From assembly GCA_020184695.1 (NCBI GenBank), contig JAANOX010000095.1:1-64000 (forward strand): a stretch of 64,000 nt of DNA. Direction: 5' to 3'. Below, piece after piece: positions 33,731 through 44,418 of the stretch. The notes under the pieces are model-generated. The model ran no database searches. It saw only the letters and a list, made by a program, of their open reading frames with translations, and was not told the DNA's origin. A program made the position numbers and the translations under genes. The DNA is from Histomonas meleagridis 2922-C6/04-290x. Its lineage: Eukaryota; Protista; Parabasalia. Within the stretch, counting starts at the first letter, position 1. Each line of letters starts with the position of its first letter.

Positions 33731-35125
33731 ATGAGACCACAATATAAATCAAAACACCCAAAAAAACAGAGTCGTTTGGAAAATCCTGGTTATTCTGAAG
33801 AATCTGAAAATCATTATCAAGATGCCTATTTTTGTTCACAGATCAATACATATTTAGCAGAGGCTCAGAAAGCATACAACGATCATCAAGAAAATCCCTT
33901 TCGTGATGCAATTGCAAATCTATTCAATTTATTTAATTCTGCTGCAAAAGCTAAAGAATCAATTCCTTACCCATTTCAACCTTTTTATGAAACCAACTTT
34001 TTCCCAATTATAATTGATACAGTTACGGTTCTCAAAAATCCTGATATTTTATTTCATTCTTTTAGTATTCTTGTTAATCTTACTTCTACTTATCAGTACT
34101 GTAGAGAATTGTGTGATGTTCCTCTTCTATTTTTTGAAAAAGTTCCAATACTTGAACTACTTGAACAAAATGAGAAATTTATGCGTCCTCTTGTTGTGAC
34201 TTTAACAAATTTTGATGCTTTCATTGAGTTCAATCATAACATTACTCCTGAAATCTTCCAGCACATTGAATCCCACATTTACAGAGCTGTTGACAAAGAT
34301 CTTACAGAAGCAATTCTGAAGTTTATAAAAAGTGTTACACTAAATCATAACATTGATCTAAACTTTGCTCAGAATATTCTTCCTCCACTTCGTCATGTTA
34401 TTCCTAATAACGACTATCAAGATGTCAATGAAGAATATTGTGTTATTGTTCTTGAATGTTTAATTAATCTAATCAAGAAAGATTCACTTCACCTTAATAC
34501 CTTTTTAAGCTTAAAATTTACTGATTTCTTAAAAAGACGCATAGATGATCAACGTTTTACTAGGCATATTCTTATTTTCATTGGATTATATACCCAAAAA
34601 TTTCCTCAATCCATGTTGTCTCTTGGTATTAGTATTGATTCTATATATAAACACATTTGTGTTGAAGATTCCAGCTTTGATGCAGCACTTTGGTGTTTTT
34701 ATTACATTATCGAATCAGATCATATACTTTTAGAGAGCGAGAATACAATGAAAATCATTGATTATTTATTCGAAAAGTTCGATGGCAATGGATATTTTGT
34801 AAAGAGATACATTGTTTTATTAATTGCACTCGTTTATAAGCATATTCCAACTTCTGAATACGATAAAGATAAAGTAATCAAAATCCTCGACATGTTCACA
34901 GAAGTGGCAGAGATGGGAACTGATGAGGAACGAAGAGAAATGTTTAAATACTTGGTGCAAACTGTTTGTAGCATTTATAGAGTGTATGAGAATTGTCCAA
35001 AAGAAGAAATTGATGACCAGTTCATGCAGTGCTTAGCGACATTGATAAGTGGCGCTGAAGATTTGGGAGAAAATGAATTGTGCGAAACGCTGAACAAAAT
35101 GATGCAAGAATGTACTGATGAATAA
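33731..35125 (+). CDS. Hypothetical helical-repeat (ARM/HEAT-like) protein
   Basis: 464-aa ORF with amphipathic helix pattern. Confidence 0.75.
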   Translation: MRPQYKSKHPKKQSRLENPGYSEESENHYQDAYFCSQINTYLAEAQKAYNDHQENPFRDAIANLFNLFNSAAKAKESIPYPFQPFYETNFFPIIIDTVTVLKNPDILFHSFSILVNLTSTYQYCRELCDVPLLFFEKVPILELLEQNEKFMRPLVVTLTNFDAFIEFNHNITPEIFQHIESHIYRAVDKDLTEAILKFIKSVTLNHNIDLNFAQNILPPLRHVIPNNDYQDVNEEYCVIVLECLINLIKKDSLHLNTFLSLKFTDFLKRRIDDQRFTRHILIFIGLYTQKFPQSMLSLGISIDSIYKHICVEDSSFDAALWCFYYIIESDHILLESENTMKIIDYLFEKFDGNGYFVKRYIVLLIALVYKHIPTSEYDKDKVIKILDMFTEVAEMGTDEERREMFKYLVQTVCSIYRVYENCPKEEIDDQFMQCLATLISGAEDLGENELCETLNKMMQECTDE

Positions 35126-35617
35126 ATTCGTAATTTGTTGACTTTTGATGAAAATAATGTTAACAATTATCTAAAACATTATATTTAAACCATTTCGATC
35201 GTTTTGTTGTTATAATGCGAACTTCATATTAATTTAAATATAGAAATTGATTAATAGGTTAAAAATTAGAATTATGATAAAACTAAACTTGTATTGATTA
35301 TAAATTTTAGTAGAAAAATGAGAATCACTGAATTTTAATTACTGGATATGAAAAACTTCAAATAGAAACAGAAATTTAATAATGAAGAATTTTAACAATA
35401 TTAATTACAATTTGCATGTATAGGTTCGTTGATACATTGAGCAAAAAATGATCAAATTCTAAAAAAGATGTTTCTGTTTTGTTCTTTTTGAATGTTTGTA
35501 CATGAAAATAAAAATAAATCAAAATTTTCGATATTGAATGGAAGTGATTAAAAACGAAAAATTTTTCATGAAATATGCATGTTTAAAAATATCATTTTGG
35601 AATAAACAAGAAATCCA

Positions 35618-36925
35618 TTATTTTTTGCAGAGTTCCAAATTAATTGATGGTATTTTTCCTTTTTGGAAATATGTATCCAAACAAACAGTATAGTTTCCCT
35701 TTCTGTTGACGCTCATTACCATATCTCCTTTCTTCACAGAGAGGTCCTTTGGGTCTTGTGCCTGGTAATCGGAAACAACTGTATACAAATATCTGACTGT
35801 TTCAGGTATCTTCTTAAAGACATTCGAAGGTGCCAATCCTCTTTTACTTGCTTTGTTCTGTACCTTCCACATGTCATTTTTGTCATCTAATACAACAACT
35901 TTTTCACCAGCAGATAAACTCAATTCTCCTGTCTTTGTTGCAGTGTAATCCTTTGTCACGAAAGCGCAGAAATTAGATAAATCTGCTTCAAAGATCTTCT
36001 GTGGGGATATAAATTCTAATATATCAAATGGCAATTTTTGTGGTTCATACGTAACGTTCGTCAGCTTAACGTCCTTCAACTCAAAAAGTGGATCCGGTAT
36101 ATCGTCGTGAGATGCGGAAAGTGATTTTGAGAGATCTTCGGCGGTTGTGATTAAGTTTTCGGCCAACTTTTCGAGTGGTGCAATGAAGTTGAAAAGCATT
36201 TTCTTGAAAGACTCTTCGCGTTGGCAATCTGACTGCTCAAAAAGTGTAAGAGAAAGTTCCATTTCTCTGAGATAGTTCATTTTTTGCTCATTAACTTCAT
36301 CGATAAGATCAATAGCATTTTTTTGAAGATCGGGAAATAGTGAAACAGCATCATTAAAGATCTTTTGAAATTTGGCCATAAGCTTTTCGTTGGATATGAC
36401 CTCTTCTTCATTTAGTTTTTCTTTGGCATTTTCAATGGTTTCACAATGTTCTCTGTACTTGTCATCAGCCATCCTGGCCGCTTCTTCTGCTTCGCTTAAG
36501 TTTTTGACTGCTTGTGTGATGTTTGTGTCTATTTCTAACATTTTAGATTCATAAAGATTTCGAACATATTTAAGTTGAGGTATGAAATCATTTTGAAGTT
36601 CGTTGTTGAATTCTTGAAGGCTGTGGTTTGATTTGAAATAGTTATTATGGAGAAAATTCCATGCAGCAGAAAAGTTAGGTTCAAGATCAGTAAAATCTTG
36701 GCGAGATGATGACTTAATAGATTCTAGTCTTTTTTCAACAGAAGGTTTCCTTTCTTTTCTTTTGGAATCTGAATGATCCTTTGATAAACCTTTTAATAAT
36801 ATGTTAACTTGGCGAGAAAATGTTTCCAATTTGTCAATGGTTTGGTCCATAATGTTAACTATTGTTTCTTTGGCCTTCCTGATTTTTTGGAAAGACTTTG
36901 AGTATGAGTCAAAGAAAGAAGACAT
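35618..36925 (-). CDS. F-BAR-like coiled-coil protein with two C-terminal SH3 domains
   Basis: VTKDYTATKTGELSLSAGEKVVVL...WKV...GLAPSN and VVSDYQAQDPKDLSVKKGD...GKIPSI; ATG at 36925. Confidence 0.85.
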   Translation of the reverse strand: MSSFFDSYSKSFQKIRKAKETIVNIMDQTIDKLETFSRQVNILLKGLSKDHSDSKRKERKPSVEKRLESIKSSSRQDFTDLEPNFSAAWNFLHNNYFKSNHSLQEFNNELQNDFIPQLKYVRNLYESKMLEIDTNITQAVKNLSEAEEAARMADDKYREHCETIENAKEKLNEEEVISNEKLMAKFQKIFNDAVSLFPDLQKNAIDLIDEVNEQKMNYLREMELSLTLFEQSDCQREESFKKMLFNFIAPLEKLAENLITTAEDLSKSLSASHDDIPDPLFELKDVKLTNVTYEPQKLPFDILEFISPQKIFEADLSNFCAFVTKDYTATKTGELSLSAGEKVVVLDDKNDMWKVQNKASKRGLAPSNVFKKIPETVRYLYTVVSDYQAQDPKDLSVKKGDMVMSVNRKGNYTVCLDTYFQKGKIPSINLELCKK

Positions 36926-37118
36926 GGGCCAAAAATTTTGACATTGTAATATTCTGAAAAAATGGAACAGTAACGTCTTAAACATGTTACGGGGCACTCT
37001 TAAAAAGACGATCAAAATTTACATAATGGCAGAGAAATTGACTTATTTTTGATCGTATTGTTTGATTGAAAGATTTAACATTAAAATCATTTGTTTTTAC
37101 TAATTTTCTCATATTAAT

Positions 37119-37808
37119 TTAATTGGGTTCTGTTGGTGGTTGCGGCGTAAATGATTGTTGAGGAGGATATGGCTGCTGTGGATTTTGTTGAGGAGGATAT
37201 GGTTGTTGTGGTGGATAGGGTTGCTGAGGAGGATATGGCTGCTGTGGATTTTGTTGAGATGGATATGGTTGTTGTGGTGGATAGGGTTGTTGAGGTGCAT
37301 ATGATTGTTGTGGTGGATAGGGTTGTTGAGGTGCATATGATTGTTGTGGTGGATAGGGTTGTTGAGGTACTGCTTGAGGAGGATATGGTTGTGGTTCACT
37401 TTTTGGACCTTGCATTGGAACATTTGAAGGATGATATTGCGGAACCATGTTCATATAGTTTTGATTTGGCATAGGCATTATCAGCCCTTCTGGTAGGGGT
37501 GGAAGCATACCGGCTTGCGTTTGCTGGTCATATGTATAGTAATGTGCATTTGTATTTTGTGGATATTTAGTTTCTTGATCAGATGTTGAGGATTCTGATA
37601 GATTTTCGACTCCCACTGGAGTTCTGCAACAACCACAGCATAAGTTACAAATCACAAAGCTCCAAACAAAAATGAAAATCATAGCAAATAATATTATTGC
37701 TATAAAAAATGGTGTCTGCACGAAGCTTTCATTTGCTGCGTTGAATTTAATTTGGTATTTTTCTTTGTTTGCATGGAGATCTATCAACAATGACAAAAAC
37801 AGGTCCAT
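37119..37808 (-). CDS. Single-pass membrane protein with Pro/Gln/Tyr-rich tail
   Basis: Hydrophobic segment, CCGCC, then PQQPYP repeats. Confidence 0.75.
   Translation of the reverse strand: MDLFLSLLIDLHANKEKYQIKFNAANESFVQTPFFIAIILFAMIFIFVWSFVICNLCCGCCRTPVGVENLSESSTSDQETKYPQNTNAHYYTYDQQTQAGMLPPLPEGLIMPMPNQNYMNMVPQYHPSNVPMQGPKSEPQPYPPQAVPQQPYPPQQSYAPQQPYPPQQSYAPQQPYPPQQPYPSQQNPQQPYPPQQPYPPQQPYPPQQNPQQPYPPQQSFTPQPPTEPN
37150..37385 (-). repeat. Coding PQQ(P/S)Y(P/A) repeats
   Basis: Repeated ggatatggttgttgtggtggatagggttg units on the + strand. Confidence 0.85.
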
Positions 37809-38898
37809 CCTTCTTATAACGATATCTCATTCACTGCTCACAAAAAGTTTCAAGCCTCACAAATCCTCTATTTACAATTCAAATAACTAACTTTTTTCTG
37901 TAACGCGAAAATCTTGTTTTTCGTCTGTGAAAGAGTTTAACTTCATTGTGCAAAATTAAATATTGTAAAGATGGTGATCACCAAATGAATAGGAACTTAA
38001 AGGATAAAATAGGACAAGAGCTTAAATATTTTTTTTGATTAGATTTAGAGTTTAAAAATGTTCAAAAATATAACTACTCACAAAACAAAAACATATTTTT
38101 TTCTGTTGGTATTTCACCCATAGCCAAGACTAAGGAAATCTTTTAAATATTGTAGTCCTTTATTTTTAACACAACCAAATTTAGTAAATTTATTGGCAAA
38201 CTTGAGTGAAAAATGAAAAAAACTTTAATAAATATTTATTGACTCTTCCTGGGTATGAAAAAGAGTTTGTTTCATATTAACATTACAATTTTAACATGGA
38301 ATTAAAATACGTATTTTAAATGCAGAATGAGTTATTTTGCTACATTTTATTTTTTAAATTTATTGATAAATTTAAAATATTTCAATATGTTTTAAATGGT
38401 AAAAAATATGCATATACTTTACTTCAAACAATCGCACATATAAAAATTCGAAACTTATGATAACTTTATTTATTATATGTTAATAATATCAAAATAATAC
38501 TAACATTCAAGAAATATATTTATGCCAAATAAGCCAACTATTCACAGAATTTAGTAAAGATATTTTTAATTTTTACCCTCAAAAAGGCTGACCTATTCCC
38601 AAATTAATTCAAGAAATGCATATGATTTTTTTTCCAAAAAGAAAATGAATCATTTTATTCTTTGTTAATTTTACTTGTGAATATGAACACATAAACTCAT
38701 AATAAATTCGAAATCAAGCTTTCAACTTGTTATTCTTAGAAAGAATTTTTGTAAATTATTATGAGTTATCAAAATATATTACTATCTACTAATAGGTGAG
38801 TTTAAATTTTTTTGTGAAATTAACATATTTTCTGGTATAAAAAGGAAAAAAAATGCGTTTTTACAAAACGACCGTTTATTACCAGATGCGAGACTTGT

Positions 38899-38946
38899 TG
38901 ATGAACAACAATAAAATGCAGAATCTCCAATTGTTATTACATTTTC
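38899..38946 (-). pseudogene. Isolated BspA-like (TpLRR) repeat relic
   Basis: Minus strand reads ENVITIGDSAFYCCSS; no surrounding ORF. Confidence 0.45.
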
Positions 38947-40138
38947 TCCATGACAGCTGCTTATAAATGGATCTAAATTTTGGTTTTTATATCTTTATGC
39001 AATTAATTTTTTTAACATACTTTAATTCTATCTAAGTCATCGTGTGTCGCACCCCGAAGAACTTCCCCTCCTGATTAAGGTTTATGACCCCTTGTGCCAA
39101 ATTACTTTCAACTTTATGAAATTCTAAGATATTAAATTTATTTCAATACCATTTTGTACCAAAACAATTTCTCTGTCCAACTATTTGGAGACAGGCATTC
39201 AAATACAACTTCTACAAAATGATATTAAAATTTTAAAGTATTTGTTTTAAAAAAGTAAATTAATTGTTGTTACCTTGTTTCTGTCGATAATGTAAAGGCA
39301 TGGAACACTGATAAAACTTAAATTAACCTTATTAAAAACTTGGAATAGCTTAAGAATACCAAGGATGATAAGCGCTTGTTAAAATATTCAAATAGCTTAT
39401 AAATCTAAATGAAAAAAACCATTTTTTTTGTTGTTCATTTATCGAGAAAATGTATTTGTTTTTTCTTTTTGAATAAATCGATTTGTTTGGACATATAATT
39501 CGCTTCCAAGATACTGCTGGATACAAGAAAGGATCTGTCATCAAAAAACAATAAGGAATTTTTCTAAAAAAAAATGTTCATTGTTCACAAAGATAATTTC
39601 TGTGAAAATGTTTTTGGATGAATTAGATTTTAATTTGACTGTAAAAGGCAGTTAGATTTTAAAATAATTGTAGATTTTTAGAAATGACTATATAGAAAAG
39701 TTGAAAATTTTATTTGAAAGCTCGGTATTGAATTATTGTTGTATTGAGTGATTTTGATCGTTTTGAGTGCAAAATTGTTTTGTATCAAGTTAAAAGCGAA
39801 TTCTCATGAGAAGAGAACATTATCACCTCACTTATCATTGTTTATGACTCGTATCGATTAAATTTTTGATGACAATTTGAATTTCAGATGGAAAACAATA
39901 GGTTTCATACATTTTTGATGAAAATTTGAAGGTTTTTTGTTCGAGTTAAAATCAAGAATATATCTTCCAATTCCAATCATCAAATTGATGAAAAAATATG
40001 AAATATATCTATTAATGACTTTCAGCATTCGTTTTATTGACTATATTTCCAACACATTTCATGATGAAAATATTTTTCATAAAAATATAAAATATATAAA
40101 TTTTAAAAACAAAAAGGAAACAGCAAATCAACAGATCC

Positions 40139-41306
40139 ATTATAATAAATTTTAAATAAAAGAAATAAATATCTTTAGCATTAATATCAATTCCTTCTTG
40201 TATTAAAATATAATTAACAAGTTCAATATTTCCTGACTCTGATGAAAATACTAAAATATCTTTCGGAATTTGATTACTTTCAAAAAAATGTTTAATGAGA
40301 AATATGTTTCCAATTTTTGTTGATTCATTAATAATGTTTTCGCAAATTAGCATCCCTTCTTTTTGTAAAAATATAAAAATTTCATAATTATGAGATGAAA
40401 TACACTTCTTTCCAAATTCTTCTAAATTATTAATTTCAGCAATTTTATTTTCATAAAGATATTTAAAGATATCATTTCGATGAAATTCAATTGCTACTTC
40501 ATATGCACCTTCAAATGATGAATGATTTTGTTCACATAAATGAAAGATTTCTTCATTTCCACCTGCAACTGCATACCTACCCGTATTTTTTATATCAGAA
40601 CCATAAGTAAATATTTAAAACATTTAATTGATCCGAAAAATGCTGAATAATCAATTAATGTAACATTTTGTGTATTAATAAAAGAACATCTTTCATAAAG
40701 TGATGGTTCAATTGTTTGGTTAAAATTAAAATCATTTTGTGATGATATTTCTTGAAGTTTTTCTATTTCATCTTTTCGAATTATTTTTGCAATTTCATTG
40801 GGATTAACACTTTCTTTGATTAATTTCTTATGAATTTCCCAATCATTCCTTGAAAGTTCTTCAAAGTTTCCCATTTTTCGTTTCAAATATTCATTTTCTT
40901 CTGGAAATTTTTTGGACATGTAATGTATAAAATACGATTCTTCTCTCATCTGTACAACTATGTTTGATTCGCATAAATTTTCTTGAATCATTCTCTCAAG
41001 AAAATAATTTGATTCTTGAGAATATATATTTAAAATCATTTGCAAAAAAACTTTATGTATTTTACTTTGAATTTGTTTCTTATCTTCAATTTTTTTTATT
41101 TCTTTAATGAAATTCATATAGACTTCTAAATCATTCATACCTGCTACAAATGATGAATAAATTATTTGACTAATAAGTAAGTTAAATGAATACTGATAAT
41201 TATTATCAAGTATATCAAACACTGAAATAGCTGCTTGAACAAGATTTTCTTTATTTAAGGAAAATATTTTTTGTTGAATAAACTGAATTGTTTCCCAATT
41301 GTTCAT
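40139..41306 (-). pseudogene. DUF3447-type ankyrin paralogue, frameshifted and truncated
   Basis: ORFs 40590-41306 and 40012-40353 join if about 4 nt (AATG) are restored near 40601. After INAKD there is one 17-nt spacer, a Lys codon and 12 nt of the next spacer, then unrelated sequence. Confidence 0.8.
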
Positions 41307-41629
41307 TTTGTTTTATAGTACCGGACAAGCAAACCTAGTGAAAATCTTTTCTCCCTTATCGACATATTCAAAAAAATGTAAACATATCATTGAAAACTTT
41401 ATTTTAGTGCATTTTGGCGTGAGCAAATTAGAACATTAGGAAAATATTGCGATAATTTTATGGATACACATGAAACACATTTCAAATTGATAACAATGAT
41501 ATTTCAAACACAATTTGTCTTAGCAAATAATAACAATGATATTTTTAACCGTTGGTCATCTAAACAATTCTTCATTTGCGTTCCTTGAATTATTTAAAAA
41601 AAATTTTTATGCGTCTGATTACTTTTTAC

Positions 41630-41995
41630 TCATGCTTTTCTTCCAGGAGAAGTGCTCTCAATAAGGGTGATATAAAAGTCCATAATGGTCCATATTATTG
41701 TGAAAAATGTGAACTTTTTGTTGCCTCAAACAAAAGATACGTTCCAAGAAGCGTAAGGAAGCAACCTTTGTACTGTGGATGTCCAATATCAAATGGGAAG
41801 CCATGAATTGGAGGTGAATTATCAATACCAAGTTCCCAGCCATAATATGCACGTACTTTGCCAAGACGTGTATAAACGATTTTAATTAAGATATTGACCT
41901 ATAGCAATACAAACAATACTAATATAAATATATTTAAATGTAAACTTGCCTTGGAAACCATATGCTGCATATAATACCATGCAAATGGTTTTCAT
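41630..41995 (-). pseudogene. Phospholipid N-methyltransferase (PEMT/PLMT)-like, frameshifted
   Basis: Across two frameshifts it reads IAIGQYLN/KIVYTRLGKVRAYYGWELG...HGFPFDIGHPQYKGCFLTLLG/..IIWTIMDFYITLIEST. Confidence 0.7.
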
Positions 41996-42086
41996 GATAG
42001 ATGATAATAAAATAAGTTGATTTTGTGTCACTTTTTATTTTCCTTTTCGAACGTTTATATGCTTGAATAAAAAAGTGCTACATATT

Positions 42087-43355
42087 ATGTCTGATGGAAA
42101 AAGATTTGCTGATTTTCTCACACAATCAACTACACCCTACCAATTTGTAACTTACGCACGACCTCTTTTAGTTGAGCAAGGGTACGTTGAAATTATTGAA
42201 GGAAATTTTCCTTCTGAATTACCAAATAGAGCATTTTGGGTTAGAGATGGAAAGGCATTGATTGCATTTGATATAGGTGGTATCGAATCTTCTGTAATTG
42301 TTGCAGCACACAATGATTCTCCATTAATTAAATTAAAAAAAAAGGATAATATCGTCAATAAAAATGTATCCTTAGCAGTCAATGGAAGTTATGCAGGTGG
42401 TCTTTCTTATACATGGTATGGTCGTGATTTAAAAGTAGCCGGTGCTCTTTTTGTAAAAGAAAAAAATGATATTGTTATGAAAGTTGTTGAAACCAAGAAA
42501 CCCATTGCTACAATTCCATTTCCCTCAACTAGTGTTTATCAAAATTCTAATCGTGGTCTTATCTTTTCCACTAATCGAGATACCAATTTAACTCCAATTA
42601 TTGGAATGCTTCCTAACACCAAAACAGTAATTGATTACATATGTTCTGAATACAACATTGATCCCCTTTCTGTTGTTTCCTTTGATCTTTCGTTTGTTGA
42701 TTCAAGACCTGCGACCGTTAACGGTGATTTGATTTGCAGCGGCCGTTTAGACGACTTAAGTTCATCATATGCATGTCTACATGGATTTCTCGAAAGTAAA
42801 TCCATTAATACTATCAACATCCTTGCTATTTTTGATAGCGAAGAGATTGGGAGTAAAACACGTACCGGAGCGTTAGGTAATTGCATTGACATTACATATG
42901 AATACATATGTAAATGCAAAGGAATTGATTATCTAGCACTTAAAGCAAACACTCTTTTTTTAAGCTGTGATTCTGCGCATTGTCAGCATCCTAATTATGA
43001 AGGCGAAAGTAAATCGCAACTTCCTATTGGAACTGGTGTCGCACTTAAGACAACAGCTAAGTCATCATATGCCTCCGATGATAAAGGATTGATATTAGTG
43101 ACTGAGGCTGCTAAAAGAGCGAATGTTCCATACATAATAACGCGGCCTAAAAATGGTCCTTCGGGAGGAGGAACAATCGGACCGAAAGTGGAGAAATTAC
43201 TCGGCGTCGCAACGCTCGATATCGGCCCTGGAAACTACGCGATGCATTCGTGTAGAGAATTGATGTCGTGGAAAGATGCAGAGGCTGAACTGAAGTTGAT
43301 AAGTTACTTGTTGAATAACTTTGAGGAGCTTAGGAAATATGCATGTTGTGAATGA
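42087..43355 (+). CDS. DNPEP: M18 family aspartyl aminopeptidase
   Basis: AAHNDSP, TWYGRDL, GRLDDLSS, DSEEIGS, SCDSAH, AMHSCRE. Confidence 0.92.
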   Translation: MSDGKRFADFLTQSTTPYQFVTYARPLLVEQGYVEIIEGNFPSELPNRAFWVRDGKALIAFDIGGIESSVIVAAHNDSPLIKLKKKDNIVNKNVSLAVNGSYAGGLSYTWYGRDLKVAGALFVKEKNDIVMKVVETKKPIATIPFPSTSVYQNSNRGLIFSTNRDTNLTPIIGMLPNTKTVIDYICSEYNIDPLSVVSFDLSFVDSRPATVNGDLICSGRLDDLSSSYACLHGFLESKSINTINILAIFDSEEIGSKTRTGALGNCIDITYEYICKCKGIDYLALKANTLFLSCDSAHCQHPNYEGESKSQLPIGTGVALKTTAKSSYASDDKGLILVTEAAKRANVPYIITRPKNGPSGGGTIGPKVEKLLGVATLDIGPGNYAMHSCRELMSWKDAEAELKLISYLLNNFEELRKYACCE

Positions 43356-43767
43356 TTTTTAAAAATTGTTGTTGTTATTTGTTTTCATCTTTATACAGTT
43401 GTTCCAAACATGTTTCAAATGTGAAATGTCTCAAAATCTACTTAAATTATTTAATCAATGTTAATCTTATATAAAATATTAAGCGAGTTCAGGTTTGGAA
43501 AAAATGTATACTTTACATCTTCAGTTGGTTGTTCAAATTGTTTACATTATATAAAAATTGTCAAATTACTTCGTGAACAAAAAAGAATTGATACCAATGC
43601 TAAAGATGTCGACTTGTTTTATGTAATATTTTAGAATAAGAAGGATAAGGAATTCAATCAAATGGAATTTTAACGAGTTTGATGAAATAACGATTAAATT
43701 CAATTTCTTTATTCAGAGATAACACGTGTGTTTGTGGTTGAGATAACATGTGTTGGTCTTTAAGAAT

Positions 43768-44301
43768 TTATACATTACTTCCTCGCTCAATATTTAGCCT
43801 GATATCTTCAGTATAAGCATTGAAATCTCTTGCAAGCTTTCTGTTAAAGACTTTGTTCTTATCATTAATGAAATCAATTTTGGTTTTTCCTGAAATATCA
43901 TAGTCTTGGGCTCTTTTGTTTCTCTTTTTCAATAATTCTTTCTTTTTTTCAAGTCTGTTAGCTAAACCTTCAACAACTTCTGGCCTTGGCTTGAAAGGCC
44001 CAGCGTTTTCTTTATTTTTCCTTTTTTGATAATCTTCATATACAACTTTATTTATTTTTGAAATTCCTTTCAAATAATCTTCTACATCTGGATCGTTCAA
44101 GTGGTCCATTGCAGTTGGTCCAGATTTTCTTTTGTCAGCTGTTTTTAGAAAAACCATAGGAATATCATAGATTTGAGATTCTTCATCTACTTCTTCTCTA
44201 GTCCTATGATCACGGGCAAGTTCATCGGCTGCAGCTCTGTTGTTTTCTTGTCTAGCCTGATTTAATTTTAATTGTAATTTTCTGAGTCTTTCTTCTAACA
44301 T
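43768..44301 (-). CDS. SYF2: Pre-mRNA splicing factor SYF2
   Basis: C-terminus DFINDKNKVFNRKLARDFNAYTEDIRLNIERG; ATG at 44301. Confidence 0.9.
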   Translation of the reverse strand: MLEERLRKLQLKLNQARQENNRAAADELARDHRTREEVDEESQIYDIPMVFLKTADKRKSGPTAMDHLNDPDVEDYLKGISKINKVVYEDYQKRKNKENAGPFKPRPEVVEGLANRLEKKKELLKKRNKRAQDYDISGKTKIDFINDKNKVFNRKLARDFNAYTEDIRLNIERGSNV

Positions 44302-44418
44302 TTTTGGTGCTGTGTCAAAAAAATTCACTGTATTGTCAATTTTAATTAAAAAATAAACTTCATAAAAAGTTTTATGTATTGAATTCAATTGAAAAACAAT
44401 CTTTTAAAATCAAATAAA

